This document shows, piece after piece, positions 1 through 9,535 of a stretch of 64,000 nt of DNA (its first letter is position 1; each line of letters starts with the position of its first letter). The stretch covers positions 1 to 64,000 of the IMG/VR virus record IMGVR_UViG_3300031555_003626; one strand, written 5' to 3'. The position numbers and the translations under genes are program-made. Source of the stretch: a virus. Lineage: Duplodnaviria; Caudoviricetes. The notes below the pieces were generated by a model. It made no database searches. It worked only from the letters and a program-made list of their open reading frames with translations, and had not been told where the DNA came from.

Positions 1-2
1 GG

Positions 3-755
3 CCCGATGGAACTCCTGCACATACTATTAAAACTTTCTGTGCTGTTCGTACTTATGATCTTTCTAAGGAATTTCCTATTCTTACTCTTAGAACACAGGC
101 TTTTAAGGGCGTAGTAAGAGAGCTTCTTTGGATGTGGCAGAAGAAGTCTAATGTAGTTGATGAGCTTGGAAAGAGCGCAGCTATTTGGAGAGCCTGGGAA
201 GGTGAGGATGGAACTATTGGTAAGACCTACGGGTATCAGCTTGGTAAGGTTTCTGATTACGGCTATGGCAAGTTTGACCAGGTCGATAATCTTATTTACC
301 TTCTTAAGAACAAGCCTATGGATCGTAGAATGATTACAACTATGTGGTGCCCTCAGGATCTTAATGAAATGAACTTGCCTCCATGTGTCTATGAGACTCT
401 TTGGGATGTATCTGACGGCAAGCTTAATTGTACCGTAATTCAGCGTTCAGGCGATTTGCTGGCCGCAGCAGCTTCTGGCGGTTGGGACACTATTCAGTAT
501 GCCTTGCTTGTGCATATGCTTGCACAGGTTTGTGGATATCAGCCTGGAACCCTTATTCATCTCGTTAATAACTTACATATCTACGATCGTCATGTAGATC
601 TTGTAAAAGAAGTTATGGAGAATCCCGAGTATCCAGGACCTCAGCTTAAGCTCAATCCTGAGGTAAAAGATTTCTATGAGTTTACTGAAGATGACTTTGA
701 GCTTGTTGGCTACCAGTCTACTAAGCTTACTACTAAGTTTGAAGTTGCTGAATGA
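3..755 (+). CDS. thyA: Thymidylate synthase family protein, 5'-truncated by the window edge
   Basis: Frame is open from base 3 (PDGTPAHT...FPILTLR...ELLWMWQ). Motifs GKTYGYQ, RRMI, LPPC, QRSGD, NNLHIYDRH. Confidence 0.93.
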   Translation, partial: PDGTPAHTIKTFCAVRTYDLSKEFPILTLRTQAFKGVVRELLWMWQKKSNVVDELGKSAAIWRAWEGEDGTIGKTYGYQLGKVSDYGYGKFDQVDNLIYLLKNKPMDRRMITTMWCPQDLNEMNLPPCVYETLWDVSDGKLNCTVIQRSGDLLAAAASGGWDTIQYALLVHMLAQVCGYQPGTLIHLVNNLHIYDRHVDLVKEVMENPEYPGPQLKLNPEVKDFYEFTEDDFELVGYQSTKLTTKFEVAE

Positions 756-1003
756 AAACTATAATTAAATTGCCTTGCTCAGTCGGAGATACCGTTTGGG
801 CAAGGTCTTGGTATTACGGAGAAGCTGGTAATTGGAAGCATTGGCAGGTGACTAATTTGACAGTTACTCAAAATAAGAAAGGCATATGGACTAAGAAATT
901 TCGCGCTATGAGACTTGAGAATGGAAAGACTACTGCTCTTGCTCTCGAGTTTAGTATTGATGATATAGGAAATATCGTTTTTCTGGAGGAGCCAAATGAA
1001 TAA
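752..1003 (+). CDS. Hypothetical protein (83 aa)
   Basis: ATGA overlap with thyA stop; LPCSVGDTVW start typical of small phage proteins. Confidence 0.7.
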   Translation: MKTIIKLPCSVGDTVWARSWYYGEAGNWKHWQVTNLTVTQNKKGIWTKKFRAMRLENGKTTALALEFSIDDIGNIVFLEEPNE

Positions 1004-1544
1004 CTTTTTTAAACATCTTAAAATTATCAGAACTCATAGAAAATATGTTAGAAAGGCCTGTTTTAAAATGGGCCTCTTCTGGCAGGGGCTCACTCATGAC
1101 TTGAGCAAATATTCTTTAACAGAACTTAAGATCTGTAAATATTATACCGGCAAAAAGAGCCCTCATCAAGTAGCCCGCGAGCAACTTGGATATTCTCCTT
1201 CTTGGATTCATCATTATCATACTAATAAACATCATTTTCAGTACTGGTGGGATGAAGATGAAGAAGGCAAAATTATTCCTATGAAGATGCCTTATAAATA
1301 TGTTATTGAAAGCTTTTGTGATATGCTTGGCGCTTCGAAGGCCTATAATCCTGATAATTGGGCGCCCGAACTACTTTTGAATTATTGGGAAAACCATTGT
1401 AAAGGAAAGAGAATTCAGCATAATGATTCCGAAGCTTTTCTTGATGAGCTTATTATGCAACTAGTAGTTTTGGGTGAAAACGAATTTTTTGAGTGGTACA
1501 AAAATAATAAAAACTTTTTAAAGAAAGCTTATGAGGAAATGTGA
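996..1544 (+). CDS. HD-like DUF5662-type protein
   Basis: H..H, HDLSKY, HHYHTNKHH and DMLGA motifs. Confidence 0.7.
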   Translation: MNNFFKHLKIIRTHRKYVRKACFKMGLFWQGLTHDLSKYSLTELKICKYYTGKKSPHQVAREQLGYSPSWIHHYHTNKHHFQYWWDEDEEGKIIPMKMPYKYVIESFCDMLGASKAYNPDNWAPELLLNYWENHCKGKRIQHNDSEAFLDELIMQLVVLGENEFFEWYKNNKNFLKKAYEEM

Positions 1545-1545
1545 A

Positions 1546-1809
1546 ATGGATAAGACTGAGCAGACGACAATACATGATGTAACTTACCATACCGTTGGTA
1601 CTTATAAAATTCTTCAAAAGTGTTTAATATGCGAACAAACACAGACCGCTGAATATGATCCTGAAATTCATTCGGACGCTCGATATTTGTTATTTATTTG
1701 TGATGAATGCAAGGAAGCTATTGCTTTTATTAAAGACCTTAAAGCCAGTGTGAAAGAGGTGCCGGCAAGTCAAGCTAAAGAAATAGAAACGAGTATTGCT
1801 CTTTTATAA
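1546..1809 (+). CDS. Hypothetical protein with CxxC...CxxC zinc ribbon
   Basis: CLIC and CDEC motifs; probable ATG at 1546 after GAGGAA. Confidence 0.6.
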   Translation: MDKTEQTTIHDVTYHTVGTYKILQKCLICEQTQTAEYDPEIHSDARYLLFICDECKEAIAFIKDLKASVKEVPASQAKEIETSIALL

Positions 1810-1918
1810 AAATAATTTAAGGTAGGTATTTAAATATCCTACCTTTTATTGTATAATATTATAAGTAAAATATACTAAGTATTTTAAATAAAAATAATTA
1901 ATAAGGAGCATAAAAATT

Positions 1919-2140
1919 ATGAGACTTGAGTTAACTGAAAGCGTTAAAAAGTTTATCGATACCTTAGACAAGTCTGACCTTACTAAGGTTACCATCACTG
2001 AAGATGCGCTTGAAAGCGATGATGAAGGCATTTCTGAGAAAGTAGTAGAATTTGCCAAAGCTATGCTCGAAGCTACCGCCGAAAAATTAGATGCATACAA
2101 TACCCAGCTTCGAACTAAGCACCCAGAGTATTTTGAATGA
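1919..2140 (+). CDS. Hypothetical protein (73 aa)
   Basis: AAGGAG RBS; lies downstream of a terminator/promoter unit. Confidence 0.7.
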   Translation: MRLELTESVKKFIDTLDKSDLTKVTITEDALESDDEGISEKVVEFAKAMLEATAEKLDAYNTQLRTKHPEYFE

Positions 2141-2150
2141 GAGTGGCTAT

Positions 2151-2942
2151 ATGAATTATAAAGATTTTGTTTTAAACTATTTTGATGAGCAGCTTTTAAG
2201 CACAGTATGGCTTAAAAATAAAGACTCTGTTTATGCCAGCCAATACTTCGCTCTACAGACTAAAATTGAACAGAGCATTATTGAGTCGGAAGATAACGCA
2301 ATTTGGTTAGCCGAGCAAATCGATGAGCTTGTTGAGCTTTATATTTCACGATCAAAAACTCCGGCAGATTGGGTAGCACCGAAGAAGCGAACAACTAACG
2401 AACTAATTCATGATGAAAATGGAAGTCTTACACAAGAGTCTATTGAGCTTTTGCAGACAGCTATTTCAGATAAAAACAGTAAAAAGACTTTGATTTCGGA
2501 CACAGGCAAGACTATCTCATTTGGCGAGCGCTGGCATTCCATGCTTCAGGACAGTGGCTTTAAGTCAGTCGCCATTAACAGATTAACTGACTTTATTAGC
2601 AAGTTTATCGAGGCTGATGGCTGGGCTAAGTACTTTGTTGGAAATATTGGAAAGAACAATAAGCGCTCAATTCAAGAATATCACCCAATGGATAAGTATA
2701 ACTTAGACCACAATACTACATATGCTGCAATGCATCTTGGTGGAGATACTACAAAATGTGTCTTAGTATCTGTAGATACCGCCTCTTCTGATGGCAGAGG
2801 CGAACCGAGCGGCATGACATTCTTGGAAATTGGTGCTCATACAATTATTGATAGATTTATTGTAGGAAGTTTTAAAGTACATTCTGGAAGGCCCATTACA
2901 GAAGCCGGACCGGAAGAACTCGCAACATTACTAGATATTTAA
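2151..2942 (+). CDS. Hypothetical protein
   Basis: Long ORF; ATG 2151 follows the previous stop and is preferred to the overlapping 2091 start. Confidence 0.65.
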   Translation: MNYKDFVLNYFDEQLLSTVWLKNKDSVYASQYFALQTKIEQSIIESEDNAIWLAEQIDELVELYISRSKTPADWVAPKKRTTNELIHDENGSLTQESIELLQTAISDKNSKKTLISDTGKTISFGERWHSMLQDSGFKSVAINRLTDFISKFIEADGWAKYFVGNIGKNNKRSIQEYHPMDKYNLDHNTTYAAMHLGGDTTKCVLVSVDTASSDGRGEPSGMTFLEIGAHTIIDRFIVGSFKVHSGRPITEAGPEELATLLDI

Positions 2943-3016
2943 TTAAAAGCTGCTGTACTTTTTCAACCATTTATGTTATTATATTTAATATAAAATAACA
3001 TAAAGGAGTGTAGCCT

Positions 3017-3439
3017 ATGAATTATGATAAAATTAAAAATATATTCATAGATCTGTATGAGGAGCTTTGTGATACCTTTGATAATTTTGAGTCAGACTTT
3101 AATGAGGCAACAGGTCGCGAACAGATATTACAGGAAACCAAGTTATATCCGGAGCGAACAGACGTTGTAAGTTACTTTGAAAAAATTACCGAGTCAAGAG
3201 AAGCTGCTGAAGATTTTATTAAAGAATTACTAGCACCTTCAGTTAGAGCAAGAAACAGATTTGATGTAAGCAGTTCATATCACTATATCGTTGCCAAAGA
3301 AACCTTGACTAGTCATATTGTAGTCGGTCGAGATTCCACTGTTAACTATAATGCTTTTATCAAAAAGGTAGCAGCTGACTTTAAGCTTTATAAAAAAGAT
3401 GTACACGAGCTGATAAGAGAAACGAATAATGTAGAATAA
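3017..3439 (+). CDS. Hypothetical protein (140 aa)
   Basis: AAAGGAG RBS; followed by a terminator. Confidence 0.7.
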   Translation: MNYDKIKNIFIDLYEELCDTFDNFESDFNEATGREQILQETKLYPERTDVVSYFEKITESREAAEDFIKELLAPSVRARNRFDVSSSYHYIVAKETLTSHIVVGRDSTVNYNAFIKKVAADFKLYKKDVHELIRETNNVE

Positions 3440-3511
3440 AAGTAACGGCAGACTTATAAAATAGTCTGCCTTTTATTGTATTATATAATATGAATTATTT
3501 AGGAGGATAAA

Positions 3512-3979
3512 ATGAAAAGACCTTCAATAGATGAATATTATCTTAATATAGCTAAAGCTGTTTCAGGACGTTCTACCTGTTTACGAAAGCACTACGGGGC
3601 AGTTATTGTAAAAAATGGCGAAGTAGTTTCTACAGGCTTTAACGGACCGGTCAGAGGCGAATCACATTGCGGAAATTGTACTAAGGTTTCGTGTAATAAA
3701 GATATGGCCGAGTACTTGACTTGCCCAGCAGTTCATGCTGAAATGAACGCAATAATTTCTGCTAGTAGAAGTGAAATGCTTGACGCTGACCTTTATCTCG
3801 CCGGATTTGACGTAAAGTCAGGCGAGCCTGTTGAGTGCGAAGCTTGGCCTTGTGAGATTTGTTTAAGGCTTATTAAGAATGCCGGAATTTATCGTATTAT
3901 AAATAATAAAGGCGTTTGTTATATGCGCTCTGACGACAGTATTTTAAGACAACTTATAGAAAAGGAGAATAATTTATGA
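3512..3979 (+). CDS. dCMP deaminase
   Basis: RSTC, GFNG, HAEMNAI and PCEIC zinc-deaminase motifs. Confidence 0.92.
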   Translation: MKRPSIDEYYLNIAKAVSGRSTCLRKHYGAVIVKNGEVVSTGFNGPVRGESHCGNCTKVSCNKDMAEYLTCPAVHAEMNAIISASRSEMLDADLYLAGFDVKSGEPVECEAWPCEICLRLIKNAGIYRIINNKGVCYMRSDDSILRQLIEKENNL

Positions 3980-4491
3980 TTATCGGAATTTGCTGTGTAG
4001 ATAATAAGTGGGGACTGGGCAAGAAGAATGACCTTTTGTTTCACTTAAAAAAGGATATGCAGTTTTTTAGACAAACTACTGCTGATTCTATTGTGGTATG
4101 TGGGTATAATACCTTATTGAGCTTTCCTGGAGGAAAGCCCCTTAAGGGTCGCTCTACTATTTGTCTTTGTCCTGAGGAAGTAGAAAGAGATGACTGTTTC
4201 TGCGTTCATGACTTTGATGAGATGGTAAGACTTATTCAAGAACTTTCTAAGACTACAAATGTATATATTATTGGTGGTGGAATGCTTTACAATAGTATGG
4301 TTCCTTACTATGACGAAGTATATGTAAATAAAGTAGACGCGGACGGGAAAGCTGAAGTATTCTTCCCAAATCTTGACGAGCATCCTGACTATGAGCCTTA
4401 TCAGTTTCTTCCTGTTGTAGAAGATGAAGGCTATCAGACACGACTTGTAACATACAAAAGAAAAATTCCGCTTGAGCTGTTGGAGGGCTAA
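3976..4491 (+). CDS. folA: Dihydrofolate reductase
   Basis: GLGKKNDL, DMQFFRQTT, PLKGR, IIGGG and FFP motifs. Confidence 0.92.
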   Translation: MIIGICCVDNKWGLGKKNDLLFHLKKDMQFFRQTTADSIVVCGYNTLLSFPGGKPLKGRSTICLCPEEVERDDCFCVHDFDEMVRLIQELSKTTNVYIIGGGMLYNSMVPYYDEVYVNKVDADGKAEVFFPNLDEHPDYEPYQFLPVVEDEGYQTRLVTYKRKIPLELLEG

Positions 4492-4667
4492 TGAATAATC
4501 CTAAGTCAAAATGTGATTTTTGTCGCTACAAAACTTCAAGTGGCTGTATGGTATCGCCAAATTCTTATTATTGTAAAGAAGCAAATGATGAGTTTTATAG
4601 ATACCTACAGAGTAAGAAAACTGCTCAGCCGGCACAGAAATCTTTAAGATCATGGGATAAAAAATAA
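4491..4667 (+). CDS. Small Cys-rich protein (58 aa; not in the ORF track)
   Basis: TAATG coupling to DHFR, GGAGGG RBS; MNNPKSKCDFCRY...GC...YC. Confidence 0.6.
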   Translation: MNNPKSKCDFCRYKTSSGCMVSPNSYYCKEANDEFYRYLQSKKTAQPAQKSLRSWDKK

Positions 4668-4699
4668 GCTAAATTAAATAGATAAGAAAGTTTATTTTT

Positions 4700-4830
4700 G
4701 ATACCCATACTATACCTAAACGATACCTTAAAAGATACAAAAATGATACAATTAATAATAAATTAATTTTTATATATTTTTGGTTACCGCTTAGGATTTC
4801 TAGGCGGTAATTTTTTATTTGTATCAATTT
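4700..4830. repeat. Helically phased (G/T)ATAC repeats plus AT-rich tract; candidate replication origin
   Basis: GATAC/TATAC at 4700, 4711, 4722, 4734, 4745; A/T-only tract 4750-4781; inverted copy at 4821. Confidence 0.45.
4784..4816 (+). terminator. Rho-independent terminator
   Basis: TTACCGCTTAG / CTAGGCGGTAA stem followed by T6. Confidence 0.75.
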
Positions 4831-4886
4831 TTGAATAACTTTATTGTATTATATTTTGTATAAAATTTTAAAGGAGAGTTAAACTA

Positions 4887-5417
4887 ATGATTAAATTTCT
4901 TATTGAACCTGGTTATGACGTAAAGGCACCTGAGAGAGAAGCTGGAAACGCTGGCGTCGACTTCTACATTCCAAAGCACACGGATATCTTCGTAAAGGCG
5001 TTTAACGAGAAGAATACAGCAGCAAATGCTATTCTTGATATTAATAGCGATGGTGAGCCTATTATTAAGATTATGCCTCATGGCCGTGCTAATATTCCTT
5101 CCGGTGTGCGTAGCTTTATTCCTTCTAATGTAGCTCTTGAGGCGCAGAACAAGTCTGGCATTGCTACTAAGCATGGTCTTGTTTACGGCGCATCTGTAGT
5201 TGATGCATCATATAAAGGTATTATTCACATCTCACTTATTAATACTACGGGTAACACTATCGAGCTTCCTCTCGGCATGAAGGCAGTACAATTTTTGCCC
5301 AGACTCATCGATATTTCTCCTATTGAAGTGTATAATAATATGTCGCTTGATGAATTCTATAAAGATTTTGAATTTTCTAACCGAGGAGAAGGAGCTTTCG
5401 GTTCAACAGGCGTTTAA
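4887..5417 (+). CDS. dut: Trimeric dUTPase
   Basis: AGVDF, KSG, VVDASYKG and RGEGAFGSTG motifs. Confidence 0.92.
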   Translation: MIKFLIEPGYDVKAPEREAGNAGVDFYIPKHTDIFVKAFNEKNTAANAILDINSDGEPIIKIMPHGRANIPSGVRSFIPSNVALEAQNKSGIATKHGLVYGASVVDASYKGIIHISLINTTGNTIELPLGMKAVQFLPRLIDISPIEVYNNMSLDEFYKDFEFSNRGEGAFGSTGV

Positions 5418-5438
5418 TATTTTATTTTGGAGGAATTA

Positions 5439-6116
5439 ATGTCAACTTGTTTTTTGCGTGAAGTTTGTAACGGCAAAGATTGCCAAAAAGACTTCTGTCT
5501 CAGAAAATATAAAATGGACTCACTCTACTCAGCAGCTCTTATAACAGATAATCAGAAGAAGCACATCACTTTAAGAGTAGATGAAGATGGAACTGACCTT
5601 GAGCAGTTTAAGCAGCTCGCGGCCATTGAGAAAGATATTGTAAATTTTATTAATGACGGTAAAAATTTATATCTTCACTCAACTAACTGCGGAAATGGCA
5701 AGTCTTCTTGGAGTCTTAGACTTGCTCAGGCTTATTTTAATAAAATTTGGGCACGAACTGAAATAAAATGTAGAGTTTTATTTATTAGTGTTCCAAGATA
5801 CTTACTTGCAATTAAAGACAACATTTCAAATAGAAATGCTTATGCTGAGTATATTAAGGAAAACGTGCTTGAAGCAGACCTTGTGATTTTTGATGATCTA
5901 GCCGCAAAAATGGGGTCAGAATTTGAGCTGACCCATTTACTCAATATTATTGATAATAGAATTTCTTTAGGTAAGTCAAATATTTATACGTCTAATTTAA
6001 ACAGACAGCAACTTTATAATGCTCTCGGTGAAAGACTGACCAGCCGAGTGGCAAATATGTCTATTGATATTGAGCTATACGGAGCAGATAAAAGAGTTTT
6101 AACAAATGGAGGCTAA
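5439..6116 (+). CDS. DnaC/IstB-like helicase loader ATPase
   Basis: Walker A CGNGKS, Walker B IFDD, TSNL, RLTSR; directly upstream of the helicase. Confidence 0.8.
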   Translation: MSTCFLREVCNGKDCQKDFCLRKYKMDSLYSAALITDNQKKHITLRVDEDGTDLEQFKQLAAIEKDIVNFINDGKNLYLHSTNCGNGKSSWSLRLAQAYFNKIWARTEIKCRVLFISVPRYLLAIKDNISNRNAYAEYIKENVLEADLVIFDDLAAKMGSEFELTHLLNIIDNRISLGKSNIYTSNLNRQQLYNALGERLTSRVANMSIDIELYGADKRVLTNGG

Positions 6117-6119
6117 GCA

Positions 6120-7436
6120 ATGATTGCACAATTTCAGATTATTAATAAAGTACTCCAGAATAAGGATTACTCTTTTATTACCCTAAATAACCTTACTGCT
6201 GAGCACTTCTACGGCTATCAGGCAGAATATGAGTTTATTAAGGCTCACTACAATACTTATCATACTGTTCCTGATCGTCTTACTTTCGTTCAGCACTTCC
6301 CTGAGTTTGTTATTCAGGATGTAAACGAGCCTGATAATTATTTGATTGAGCAGCTCTATAACGACTATAATCAGAGCTATCTTGCTACTCGTCTTAATAA
6401 TCTTAAGAGACTTCTTGAGGCCGACGATACCGCTGGAGCAATGCAGTATTTCAAGGATTCTCTTGATAAGCTTCATACGGGCTCAGCACTTCAGTGCACT
6501 GATATTATGTCAGACACTTCAAGATATGACCGCTTCTTAGATATGACAGCTAATCAAGCAAAGTATTTTATTCCTACAGGTTTTCCTGAGCTTGATAAGA
6601 TTATTACAGGTATTGACCGTAGAAATGAGAATATGGTTATTGCAGCAAGAACCGGTGTAGGTAAGTCATGGTTACTGCTTACTATTGCGGCCGCTGTCGC
6701 CAAACAGGGTCTTACTGTTGGCATCTACTCAGGTGAGATGTCAGTAGACAAGGTAGGTTATCGTATTGATACCCTTTTGGGTAAGATTGATAATAAGAAA
6801 ATTTCTCGTGGCGATCTTTACTATAAAGATCACTATAAGAATTATTTGGATAATCTTAAGTGTTCAGGATATGGACCTATTAAGGTACTTACGCCAGCCG
6901 ATATCGCAGGACCTGCTACAGTAGATGCTCTTCAGGCATTTATTGAGAAAGAAAATCTTGATATTCTGTTTATTGACCAGTACTCTTTGCTTGAAGATAA
7001 TAGCAGAGCTAAAGTAGCTCATGAAAAGGTTGCTAATATCTCAAAGTCAATTAAGAATTTACAGGTACTTAAGCAGATTCCTATTATCGCAGTTTCTCAG
7101 ATGAATAGAACTAAGAATGAAGATAAGTCTCAGGATACCACTCAGATTGCACTTTCTGACCGGATTGGTCAAGATGCTACTGTTATTCTGATGGTAGATA
7201 AGCAGGATGCTGAAGACCCAAATCATCCTGGCGCTCATAAAGTTACTATTAACATTGTAAAGTCTCGTGATGGTGGCGATGGTAGAAAATTAGATTATCT
7301 TTGGAACTTTAACACAGGTGACTATCGTTATATCTCAAACGGTAATGATGGAGTCACTTCAGAAGAAGACTTTGAAGAGATTGAAAACAGCTACAGTGCA
7401 GATTATCCCGTAACTGATGGTGAGTGCCCGTTTTAA
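6120..7436 (+). CDS. dnaB: DnaB-like replicative helicase
   Basis: ARTGVGKS, SGEM, FIDQY, SQMNR, IGQDA and KSRDG motifs. Confidence 0.92.
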   Translation: MIAQFQIINKVLQNKDYSFITLNNLTAEHFYGYQAEYEFIKAHYNTYHTVPDRLTFVQHFPEFVIQDVNEPDNYLIEQLYNDYNQSYLATRLNNLKRLLEADDTAGAMQYFKDSLDKLHTGSALQCTDIMSDTSRYDRFLDMTANQAKYFIPTGFPELDKIITGIDRRNENMVIAARTGVGKSWLLLTIAAAVAKQGLTVGIYSGEMSVDKVGYRIDTLLGKIDNKKISRGDLYYKDHYKNYLDNLKCSGYGPIKVLTPADIAGPATVDALQAFIEKENLDILFIDQYSLLEDNSRAKVAHEKVANISKSIKNLQVLKQIPIIAVSQMNRTKNEDKSQDTTQIALSDRIGQDATVILMVDKQDAEDPNHPGAHKVTINIVKSRDGGDGRKLDYLWNFNTGDYRYISNGNDGVTSEEDFEEIENSYSADYPVTDGECPF

Positions 7437-7446
7437 GGAGTAGTAT

Positions 7447-8418
7447 ATGCCAGTACTTAGAGTTGATAATTATATAATTGAAACGCCTCTTTATGAGATA
7501 GTATGTCAACTCAAGATGGCGTTAACAAATGGTAAACTTAGAGAAATAAAGTCTTGGAGCGAAGGTGATGACAATATCGTTGTCACCTGCCCCAACAGAC
7601 ACCATAAAAATGGCCGTGAAGCACATGCGGCAATGAATATCTACGTAGGAACCAGCTCAAAGATTCCGTATGGATATTGTAAATGTTGGTCTTGTGACTT
7701 CCAGTGTAGCTTTGTTAAGTTTGTAGCGGAGTGCTTTGAGTGTTCAGAAGAGTTTGCTAAGAATTGGCTTAAAGATAAATATGGTAAAATATCTAGCTCA
7801 GGCATTACTTTGTGTGATGATATTGTTATAAAACAGAATAAAATGCCTGTCCGTATGCCACCGAGCTATTTAGACGCTTTTCAAGACTGGCACCCGTATT
7901 TAGCTCAAAGAAAACTTTCAAGAGAAGTCTGTGAGCTATTTAAAGTAAAGTATGACCCGCAAACAAGCCAGATCGTTTTTCCGTGCTTTGATGTTGCTGG
8001 AAAAATTATTATGGCTCCGAGAAGGTCTATCTATAATAAAACTTTCTATATTAATAAAGATCAAGATAAGCCTGTTTACTGTCTTGATTATATCATAAAA
8101 AATAATATTTCAACAGCAATGGTTTGTGAAGGCCCGATAGATGTACTTACTTGTTATACTTATGGGTATCCGGCAATCGGTACCTGGGGCAATCCCTCAC
8201 CTACACAAATAGATGCAATAAATAAATCACCTATTAAGGTTCTTTATATAGCTATGGATAATGATTGGGCAGGGCAAAGAATGGCTAACGTAATAAAAGC
8301 TGGCCTTGATCCACGAATTATTATAAAAAAAGTTCATTGGCTTCCAAATAAAAAAGACCCAAATGAACACTCTTATGAAGAATTTCAAAAAGTTATGAAT
8401 GAAGCTAAAAATTCATAA
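7447..8418 (+). CDS. DNA primase (zinc finger plus TOPRIM)
   Basis: CP..H...CWSC; EGPIDV; MDNDWAG; KDPNE. Confidence 0.9.
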   Translation: MPVLRVDNYIIETPLYEIVCQLKMALTNGKLREIKSWSEGDDNIVVTCPNRHHKNGREAHAAMNIYVGTSSKIPYGYCKCWSCDFQCSFVKFVAECFECSEEFAKNWLKDKYGKISSSGITLCDDIVIKQNKMPVRMPPSYLDAFQDWHPYLAQRKLSREVCELFKVKYDPQTSQIVFPCFDVAGKIIMAPRRSIYNKTFYINKDQDKPVYCLDYIIKNNISTAMVCEGPIDVLTCYTYGYPAIGTWGNPSPTQIDAINKSPIKVLYIAMDNDWAGQRMANVIKAGLDPRIIIKKVHWLPNKKDPNEHSYEEFQKVMNEAKNS

Positions 8419-8511
8419 ATCACATTGTATTATATAATATCGGCTGACATCCGATAAATATAAAAAATAAATAAAAAATACAAAAACAATACCAAAGGAG
8501 AAAATTCAAAA

Positions 8512-9414
8512 ATGTCAAATTCTACGTTTAATTTCGCACAGTATCAGCAGATCGCAGCTCAGGAGCAGACCCAGTCCGGCGACGGCACTAAGATTGGTTA
8601 TTTCAAGCTCAAAGATGATGGCGACATCGCTATCGCACGTATCAACCTCAGTTCTACCGATGAGTTTATGTTCGCAGCAGTTCATACTCTTCAGGTAGGT
8701 GGTAAGTGGATGAAGGTAAGTTGCCACAATCCTCTCGGCATGAACGCAGCTGGCTGTCCTCTTTGCTCTGCCCATCAGGCAAATCCTAAGGGCTCTATTA
8801 GCAAGTCCGCTAAGAAGATGTTCATTCCTATGCTCGTTTCTTACCGTGATCCTCAGTCTGCAACCGGTTATACACCTGTTACTCCCGTTATTTGGGATCG
8901 TCCTGCTCAGTTCTCTCGTGAGCTTGCTAATAAGCTTATGGTAGCAGGTAATCTTAAGGATGTTCTCGTTCTCATTACCCGTAACGGTAAGGCGGGTGAC
9001 ATGCAGACTACTTACTCTGTAGACGTTCTTCCTGCAACTCATCCCGTATTTAAGCCTGAGATGATTCCCGCTGACTTCAGTGCTTTCAATAACTTTAATA
9101 TCGCTAAGCACTCCTACTGGGAAAAGACTGTTGAGGAAATTAACACCTTCCTTGCTACCGGTCAGTTCCCTGAGGTTCCTAAGGCAAACAACCAGCAGAC
9201 TGTAAATAACGCAGCAACTTCTGCTAACACTTATGCAGCTCCTGCAACTCCTGCTTACACGGCACCTACTCAGACAGTTCCTACTCAGACAGTTCCTGCC
9301 TACACTGCTCCTGCTTATAATGCGGTTAATACCGCACCTGCAACAGCTCCCGCTATTAACACTGCTGGTTCCGAGCAGACTCCTGTGAGAAACTTCTCCG
9401 GCTTCAGCTTCTAA
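8512..9414 (+). CDS. Single-stranded DNA-binding protein (gp32-like)
   Basis: YFKLKDDGD, H...C...CPLC zinc site, low-complexity Ala/Thr/Pro tail; located between primase and polymerase; strong codon bias. Confidence 0.7.
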   Translation: MSNSTFNFAQYQQIAAQEQTQSGDGTKIGYFKLKDDGDIAIARINLSSTDEFMFAAVHTLQVGGKWMKVSCHNPLGMNAAGCPLCSAHQANPKGSISKSAKKMFIPMLVSYRDPQSATGYTPVTPVIWDRPAQFSRELANKLMVAGNLKDVLVLITRNGKAGDMQTTYSVDVLPATHPVFKPEMIPADFSAFNNFNIAKHSYWEKTVEEINTFLATGQFPEVPKANNQQTVNNAATSANTYAAPATPAYTAPTQTVPTQTVPAYTAPAYNAVNTAPATAPAINTAGSEQTPVRNFSGFSF

Positions 9415-9535
9415 TCTCAATTAGTTAAAACAAGATTAGGCTAATCTAAATTATACAAATTTAAAAGACGGGTCTAAAACGATCCGTCTTTTATTGTATT
9501 ATATTATATAAAATATATTTTAAGCGAGGTTATAC

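Noticed and set aside
3017-3075. FIDLYEEL as another cargo leader
   Set aside because: No GCTAAATT motif upstream and only weak similarity.
9265-9297. 15-bp tandem repeat in the SSB gene
   Set aside because: Encodes PTQTV twice in a low-complexity linker.
8515-9420. 301-aa minus-strand ORF
   Set aside because: Antisense shadow of the codon-biased SSB gene; no RBS or motifs.
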